From Amoebidium appalachense (taxonomy: Eukaryota > Protista > Ichthyosporea): a stretch of DNA of 64,000 nucleotides. How positions within the stretch are numbered: position 1 is the stretch's first letter; every line of letters begins with the position of its first letter. Shown piece after piece: positions 56,788-64,000 of the stretch. The position numbers and the translations under genes are program-made. Below the pieces are notes generated by a model. That model ran no database searches. It had not been told where the DNA came from and saw nothing but the letters and a program-made list of their open reading frames with translations. The stretch lies in the NCBI GenBank assembly GCA_963693365.1, contig CAVNZM010000007.1:5391962-5455961 (forward strand), in the 5' to 3' direction.

Positions 56788-58176
56788 TCACAGACTAAAC
56801 CTAGTCTGGTGGTTTATAGCGTCAATACTGACCGTGTAGCCGAGATCATGTTCCTGTGCCAATCTGCCTGCTAAGTTTGTTTTATCTTTTCCATCACGTC
56901 CCATATTCATAGTTTTATCGGGAGTAGCTCCCGTCTCCCCACCACCCACGGCCCCCACCATGGTAGGACTAACAGACGTTCTCAGTTTCTCAAAGAGAGA
57001 TTGCCTTCGTTTTGAATGCTCGGGCGCGTTGTCATCTCCTTGAGCTTCCGTCATTGGTTGCGGTGGACTCAACAATGTGGAACTTGCTCTCCGCAGAGCA
57101 TTCACAATTGAAGTAACAGGGGAGCGACGATCCTCGGTGGGAAGGGATGGTGATAAGCACTGCATCTTTTGTGGAGGCTGTGAAGTTTCTCGTAGCGCCT
57201 TGTTCAAGCTGGGAAGCGAACTAAGAGCCTTTTTGAGCTCAAAGTCGCTTTCGATGATGGATGCAATTGTCAAGCGCTTGTAATCTGGAAGAAACTGGAT
57301 AGCCGCTTGTATACCCTTGAGCAACTCTATGTAGCCCGTGTGCCTCATGACCACAACATGAAACGGACGATTCTTCTTGAACTCGCTAACAAGCGCTTGG
57401 CACACCTCTTCGTCTTCTTTCCCAACCATGCACCGCCCCCCAACATCCACAATCGTCTCCCCGACCTCCAGCCCGGCCCACTTAGCCAGCGAGTCGGGTA
57501 CCAGTTTTATAATCCTTGCATCTGAGTAGGTCATGCCCAGGCGTCGGCTGCTACCAACATCATTTGCGCAAGTGCTTGGCGGAAAGACCGTAAGCTGGCG
57601 TTGTAGCGAGTGCTGACTAAGTTCTATTTTTATGTGCTCGGCCGCCGTCAACTTGTCCACCAGCTTAAGGAGAGACTGGCTGGCAGCCTGCTCTCCGTTA
57701 ACGCTCTTGATCTCATCCCCGAAAGACAGCCCCGCTCTAAAGGCCGCCGAGTAGATGCCTTGTTCTGGTGTGGTTCCGGGCACATACTCGGACACAAAGA
57801 CTACATACACTCTCCTGTGCACGAGCCAGAACTGTGCACCGAAGGGTTGTCTGGGTTTCTTTGTCAGGTTGACGATTCGTTTGCTTGTTTGTAGCTCGCT
57901 TGATGGAGAACCAAAAAAACCACGGTCACGGTCGTCGTCGCCATCATAACCGTTAGATTTTTCTTGTAAGAATGGGCCAGCGAGGTTTGGGTATGAAAGG
58001 GAACGTGAGATAAGGGGCCGTGTCTGTGTGGCATCCTGATCATCGGGATCTTGCTCAGTTGAAGGTAGACGTACAAGTGGGAGCGGGTGGGGATCAAGTG
58101 GACCAGGTTCTGGTGCGTCCTGTTGGTGTGTGGTTTGGCTAAGGCTACCCAAGTCAGGAGTTTTGTGTGCATCCAT
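56788..58176 (-). CDS. Syntenin-like tandem-PDZ protein, intronless, 462 aa
   Basis: PDZ1 (..SAAFRAGLSFGDEIKSVNGE) and PDZ2 (LGMTYSDARIIKLVPDSLAKWAGL...VGGRCMVGKEDEEV) are closely spaced as in syntenin. N-terminal SYPNL resembles syntenin LYPxL motifs. Confidence 0.8.
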   Translation of the reverse strand: MDAHKTPDLGSLSQTTHQQDAPEPGPLDPHPLPLVRLPSTEQDPDDQDATQTRPLISRSLSYPNLAGPFLQEKSNGYDGDDDRDRGFFGSPSSELQTSKRIVNLTKKPRQPFGAQFWLVHRRVYVVFVSEYVPGTTPEQGIYSAAFRAGLSFGDEIKSVNGEQAASQSLLKLVDKLTAAEHIKIELSQHSLQRQLTVFPPSTCANDVGSSRRLGMTYSDARIIKLVPDSLAKWAGLEVGETIVDVGGRCMVGKEDEEVCQALVSEFKKNRPFHVVVMRHTGYIELLKGIQAAIQFLPDYKRLTIASIIESDFELKKALSSLPSLNKALRETSQPPQKMQCLSPSLPTEDRRSPVTSIVNALRRASSTLLSPPQPMTEAQGDDNAPEHSKRRQSLFEKLRTSVSPTMVGAVGGGETGATPDKTMNMGRDGKDKTNLAGRLAQEHDLGYTVSIDAINHQTRFSL

Positions 58177-58289
58177 CGTGGTCCGCCGTTAGGGGGAAAA
58201 ACAAATAAAACCAACCTAAACTGAAAAAAAAAAAAAACTTTGAAATAAAAAACAGCAAAAACAGAAAAATTGAGAACTGGAGCTCTGAG

Positions 58290-58620
58290 ATGAATGGTCA
58301 CGTGACTTCAGCCCAGCTTTGTGCTTTGATATGATTGGCGTACTTTCATGATCTAGAGCGAAGCGAGAGCCCCCTTGCCAAGGCATTGGCGCCTTTTTGA
58401 CCTGAGCTTTGTAGATTCGTAAATATTGTTACAGTATATCTGAACATGTAAAGTACACAGGTTCTCGTAACGTTTTTCGGCTTTTAAACATTTTTGGGAG
58501 ATATAAACCCCGAAAATCATATGTTTTGAGGGTAGATAAAACCTAAGACCTTAGGAGCATTTATTCGAAGAGGCCCAGCTCGGATCTACACGCCTCCGTC
58601 TAGCCAATCATAACGAGCTT
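58290..58620. promoter_or_regulatory. Bidirectional promoter elements
   Basis: Palindromic E-box GTCACGTGAC (~58297) and CCAAT boxes on both strands (~58334, 58385, 58604), between the divergent PDZ and importin genes. Confidence 0.45.
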
Positions 58621-59137
58621 GTTCCCAGCCTGGAATGTACGAGCCACGTTTGTAAACGGCTGCCGTCACACAAGTCACACACACGGTGACACACCGAACA
58701 GTTTATTTCTCGTTTCACAGTCTTTTTCTGTTTGGTATTTTGACAGCTATGCTGCAATTGTCACGGCAAAGTGAAAAAGGAGCGCATATTGGTAGTTTGT
58801 AGTTGTTTTCTAGTTTTGCGCGCTATAGTACGAGCTTAAAGGCTAGATCGGTTTGGTGTTTTTCTGACATACCATCACGTTCGCAACTTGGGTAAAGATT
58901 CGTGTTCGAGGACTCGACTGTGCTCGTGGATATTCAGGCCTAGGTGTGCAATTCCGAGTCAATAAGCTGGAAAACCCACATTGTTTATCCCTTTTCCGCA
59001 TGCGCGACCTTTCTTTCTGGCTGGCAGTAGCTGCTGGCGGAGAAAAACAATAAGGTAAAAACAAGCAAAAATACCATTCTGCACTCAGGGTACTCCGGCT
59101 GTGGTCCTGTTTCACTCGGTGGAAAAGCGAAAAAAAG

Positions 59138-60324
59138 ATGGCACCAGATGTTCGAATGGTTGTAGTTCCGGGCAGCGGGCACGAAGGGGAGGGGCCGTCC
59201 ATGAATAAAGACGAGCAGATATAATGGCAGGAGTTGTCTGTGGCGGAGAAACTCAAGCTGGTGCAGAGGATTATGACGTCACAGAGTAGCACAAACCTTC
59301 TTCACCAGGCTGTGGTGGAACTCAGGTGCGTGAAAGACGAGGGATAACTGGTGGTGTGGGTATGTTTTGGGATTGTTGGAAGGGTTTGTGTGTGTGTGCG
59401 TGTGCGTGGTTGTGTAGATGTGTGTGTGTGTGTGTGTGCATGGGGGTGGGTGGCTGGGTGGGGTGGGTGGGTGGGTGGGTGGGTGGGTGGATGGGTCGTC
59501 TGTGTGCTCACATGTGCGTGAGTGCGCCTGTGCATGTGCGTGCGTGCGTGTGTGCGTCTGTGTGTGTGTGTGTGGGTGGGTGGGTGGGTGGGTGGCTGGG
59601 TGTGCGCGTGCTGTGCTTGTCTGCACGCTTGCGTGTGTGCCTGAGCATGTTCGTCTGGATGTGTTTTGTTTGTTCGTGTGAGAGTTGAATGTTCGGACGT
59701 GCTCGTTGAAGATATTCTTTGACTTTCTTTCTTTGGTATGCTGGTTCATATGCATTTGTAATAATGGGGTGCTGTTGGGCCCTTAAGTGTCTGAGCAAGG
59801 GATATGAGGGACTGGTGGGACGTCTTGCTGTGTGTCCTGATATGTGGGTGTGCTTGGTGGTTTGTGCCCTTTGACACTAAGTGCTCGCTTCGACGGTGTG
59901 GGTGTGCATGTATGTGCGCGCGCGTGTGCGTGTGCATGTGTGTGTTAAACGTGCGTGACTGAGTATTCATGTCAAGTGTAAGTGTGTCTGTGTATGTACG
60001 CTGGTTCCTGTACGTGTGCATTTAAGGACACACTCTTGGACGTGGATTTTCTGTGGGTGAGGTATTCACGCGTGAGTGATGTATGCTCATGTTCATAACC
60101 TCCATGTGGCCTTGCACGTGTTGAGACACGAGCTTTCCGGTGTTTTTAAACTTTTTTGGCCCTTATTTGTGTCTTTTGCTTATGACTTGCTGTGCTTTGC
60201 ATGCGGACATGAGTGGTGTGGGTGTTGCATCTGCTGACGTTCTACATACATGCAACTGCATTCTCTATGCTTACACACGCACCGGGTGGTAAAGTATATG
60301 TATGTACCTGAGTGGGCGATGTGT

Positions 60325-60381
<57 letters not shown>

Positions 60382-60510
60382 GGCGTCTGTGGCGGGTCTG
60401 CGGGTTTCGTTGCTGGGGGTTACCATGTCTGTGTGCTTCCTTGGAAGATGTTTCCATGTGGTTTCCCTTACCTCTTCTAAGCAGTGGGTGCTATGCGTTG
60501 TCTGAGTTTC

Positions 60511-60542
<32 letters not shown>

Positions 60543-61508
60543 GGGGGGGGGGGGGGGGGCATATTAGACTCCCCAAAACCCACATTTCCTAACCAATTTT
60601 CTTACTTGGACCCCCCCTTTCTTCCCTGCAGGCAAATGCTGTGCATCCAGAACGAGCCGCCCATCGACATGGTTCTTGAGGCGGGGCTGTTGCCTTATTT
60701 GGTCAAGAATCTTGTGGAGAAGAGGGACCCCAGGGTTGTGTTTGAGAGCCTGTGGGCACTGACCAACTTGGCCAGTGGAAATACGGAGCAGACACGGCAG
60801 GTCATTGATGCTGGTGAGTGTAGGGTGTTGAGGTCATTGTTTTTTGTTTGTGTTGTTTTTTTTTATTCGAGGGAGGGGACAGAAGGCGATGGGGAGGGAG
60901 AAAGGGGGGGGGGGGGGGGGGTTGAGAGCGCTTTTTTGGTTGGGTGTGTGGGGTGCGCATTTGTGAGGGGGGGAAGGGGGGGGGGGGGGGGGGGGGATTG
61001 GAGGTAGTGTGGTGGGCGGGGAGGGTGCCATCTCATACAGTTAGTGGTTTGGGGGGGGGGGGGGGGAGGGGGAGGGGAAGAGAAAGACTAACGAAACAGG
61101 AGGGGGGGGAAGGGGGGAGGGGGGGGGGGGAGGGGGGAGGGTCAGCGGCGGACCTTTCTATGGACACACTGCCTCCTTTGTTCACTAATTTTCTTTCTCT
61201 TTTTTTTTTTTTCCCCCTATGTAGGTGTGGTGCCTTTAGTTGTTGAGCTTCTGGCCAACCCGAGCACGGAGGGGGACGTTGTGGAGCAGGCGGTGTGGTG
61301 CATCGGCAACATATCGGGGGACAGCAAGGAGTCACGTGACCTGGTGCTCTCGGCCGGCACACTGCCCCCACTGCTCAGGCTGATTGAGAGCCCTAACAGG
61401 TGTGTGCGATTTTTTCTTTCCTGTTATCTTTTTATGTTGTTAGCTCCTTTTTTTGTTTGTTTTGTTGTTTGTGGGTGGGTGGGTGTTTGGGTGGGTTTTT
61501 TTTTTTTT

Positions 61509-61540
<32 letters not shown>

Positions 61541-61792
61541 CTTTGAATATGGAACGGACATGTTTATACGGGAGCGGCCTATAAATGTGTGTTATTCCCA
61601 GTCGTATATCCACGTGTGCATACTTGCACACGGTCACACGTGCACACGTGCCCAATGGCATTAACACACACACGCTCTATAATCCACACAGGCACTGACT
61701 CATGCGCACATTTTCCACCCATCCGTACACCAAATGCGTAGGTGCCTATTTACTTACCCCTCTCCCTCCCCCCCCCCCCCCCCTCCCCCCCC

Positions 61793-61879
<87 letters not shown>

Positions 61880-62573
61880 ACACAGCCACCATCACCATCA
61901 CACACCCCCCCTCCCCCTCCCCGCCCCCCACCTCCACCCTATTTTCTCCCTCTCCCTGTCCCTTAAAGCCCCCCCCCCCCCCCCCCCCCCTCCACCACCA
62001 CCACCATCCACCCACCCTCCCTCCACCTCCCTCCTCACCCTTCCCCCCGCCCTTCTTTGTCCCCCTCCCCTCCTCGCCCCTCCCTCCCCCCGCCCCTCTC
62101 CCTCCCCACACACACACAGCACGGTGAGTGTTCGCCGCAACGTCGTCTGGGCCGTATCCAACCTCTGCCGTGACCAGACGCAACCCAACCTCCACCGCGT
62201 CATTGACGCCATTCCCGTTCTCCGGCGTCTCCTCCCTGCGGCGGGGGGCGACCCCTCGCTCATGCAACAGATTGACGAGGAGATATTGACGGATACGTGC
62301 TGGGCCATGAGTCACGTGACTGACGATAAAAATAGCGTCGAGATGGTCATGCAGAGGGCCCCCGATTTGGTCATGTGCATGGTGGGCCTGCTGCTGCATC
62401 ATGCGAGCTATGTGCAGGTGAGTTCTGATGTTTTTAATGTTGCATTTAATTTTAATTTTTGTAGTTTTGTTTTTTAATGGAGCTTTGCGGTCTTGCTCCT
62501 CCCTTTTCACTACATCATGATGCCCGCTGTTATAGAGTTGATTATAATTAAGCAGTTCGTATTAATATTTGTC

Positions 62574-62614
<41 letters not shown>

Positions 62615-62744
62615 CCTGCCCCTCATTCACTAGTGTTCTTCTCTTCATGGGTTTGGGCTCTTTGAAACTTGCACAAACACACACGTACATCAGCGCACGC
62701 ACACGCACACGCACACGCACACGCACACGCACACGCACACGCAC

Positions 62745-62841
<97 letters not shown>

Positions 62842-63400
62842 CCTGTTGTGCGTTACACACACAAGGTCCCCCTCCCACACATACACATCAGTGATATCTC
62901 CAACCTGGACTCCCCCCCCCCCCCCCCTCTCCCCCCCCCCCCGCCCATTATAACATGCAGATTGCGATTCTTTCTTGTTTCATATGACCCATTTTTCAAT
63001 CTCTCTCGCTCCCCCCCCCCCCCCCTCCCCCGCGCGCCGCCCGCTGGATGCCGCTCTTTTGTGAATGTATGCTTCGTGTACTCAATGACTTATTTATAAC
63101 CTCCGTCCCTCTTTGCTGCAAACCATTCTTTCCATTGTGCGCCGTAAAATTTGCAGCTTTTGTATTCGTTAACACAAATTCACACATTCTAATCGGCGTC
63201 ATTCCGCCCAATCGCAGACGCCCGTTCTCCGCACGATCGGCAATGTCGTGTACGGGTCGGACCGCTACACGCAGGACGCCATCGACTGTGGGGTGATACC
63301 GAACCTCGTGCTGCTGCTGGACAGCCCGAAGAGGAACATTAGGAAGGAGGCAGCATGGTCCCTCAGCAATATATGCACTGGGCCGGAGCACCACATACAG
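59138..63400 (+). CDS. Importin-alpha (karyopherin alpha)-like ARM-repeat protein, partial (continues beyond the window)
   Basis: Exons ~59138-59325, 60632-60813, 61225-61399, 62120-62417, 63218-63400. Motifs EPPIDMV, FESLWALTNLASG, EQAVWCIGNISGD, RNVVWAVSNLCR, TPVLRTIGNVV, RKEAAWSLSNI. In-frame TAA at 59222 makes the start uncertain. Confidence 0.88.
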
Positions 63401-64000
63401 GTGCATGTTTTGTTTGTTTGTTTGTTTTTTGCCCTTTTTTTGGTTTTTTTTTGGGGGGGGGGGGGGGGCAGGCGACGGAAGGGGTTATTTAGAAGGTTTT
63501 TGCGTTTGACGTATGTGCAACATGTGTGCACACACTCATGCATGCACGTGCACGCACACACGCACATACACACACACGCGCGCTTTTGTATGTGTGTGTG
63601 TTTGGGGGGGGGGGGGGGGGGGGGGGGGGCTTAGCCTCTAGCCCTTCTGTGAATTCCTGTGCACAGGGGCGTTTATTCCTTTTGGATGTTGGTGAGGGGC
63701 TCGGTGGTGAGTGTGTATATGCGCGCATGCACGTCCGCGTGTGTTGTGGGTGTGGGTATGTGTGTGGTTTTTTTAATTTTTCATTATTATTTATTTATTT
63801 ATTGTTCATTTGTGGTGGGGGGGGGGGGGGGGTTGTGCGTGCATGCCTGCTTGCCAGCGTGTGTGGGTGCATGTGTCCATGAACACGCACGTGCAAGCGT
63901 CCGCATACGCATTTGTGAATACAGATACAAGGAAAGGGGACGGGAGAATGGAATGCGACAAGTCATTTGGAAACAAGGCTGGCCAAATTGGTTTTTTTTT

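Noticed and set aside
59222-59224. Stop-codon reassignment as an explanation for the in-frame TAA
   Set aside because: TAA and TAG serve as normal stops in other genes here, and the long exons contain no in-frame stops.

Overview
Eukaryotic nuclear DNA with GT-AG introns packed with poly-C/poly-G, (CA)n/(GT)n and (CT)n/(GA)n tracts, so most of the supplied ORFs are microsatellite artefacts. The gene content (animal-like Phafin2, syntenin-like and importin-alpha genes, fungal-like Ugo1) suggests a unicellular holozoan such as an ichthyosporean; this is an inference. Hand-spliced genes: a small orphan (-), a Ugo1/SLC25A46-like mitochondrial carrier (+), PLEKHF2/Phafin2 (-), an intronless secreted protein with an EGF-like domain and 17 pacifastin/VWC-like repeats (+), a ~23-kb gene resembling a stripped-down Nup358/RanBP2 (N-terminal solenoid, FG region, IR1-like SUMO-E3 motif and SIM, with no RanBD, zinc finger or cyclophilin seen) (-), an intronless syntenin-like tandem-PDZ gene (-) and a divergent importin-alpha running off the window end (+). 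Mobile DNA: a multi-copy, 5'-truncated, poly(C)-terminated element with a covarying pseudoknotted RNA fold; two copies of a LINE 3' end that also finishes in AAA-C(n); a PIF/Harbinger-type non-autonomous element; a TA-flanked MITE; a probable solo LTR; and a tRNA-like relic. All homology calls are by eye against family motifs recalled from memory; no searches were run.
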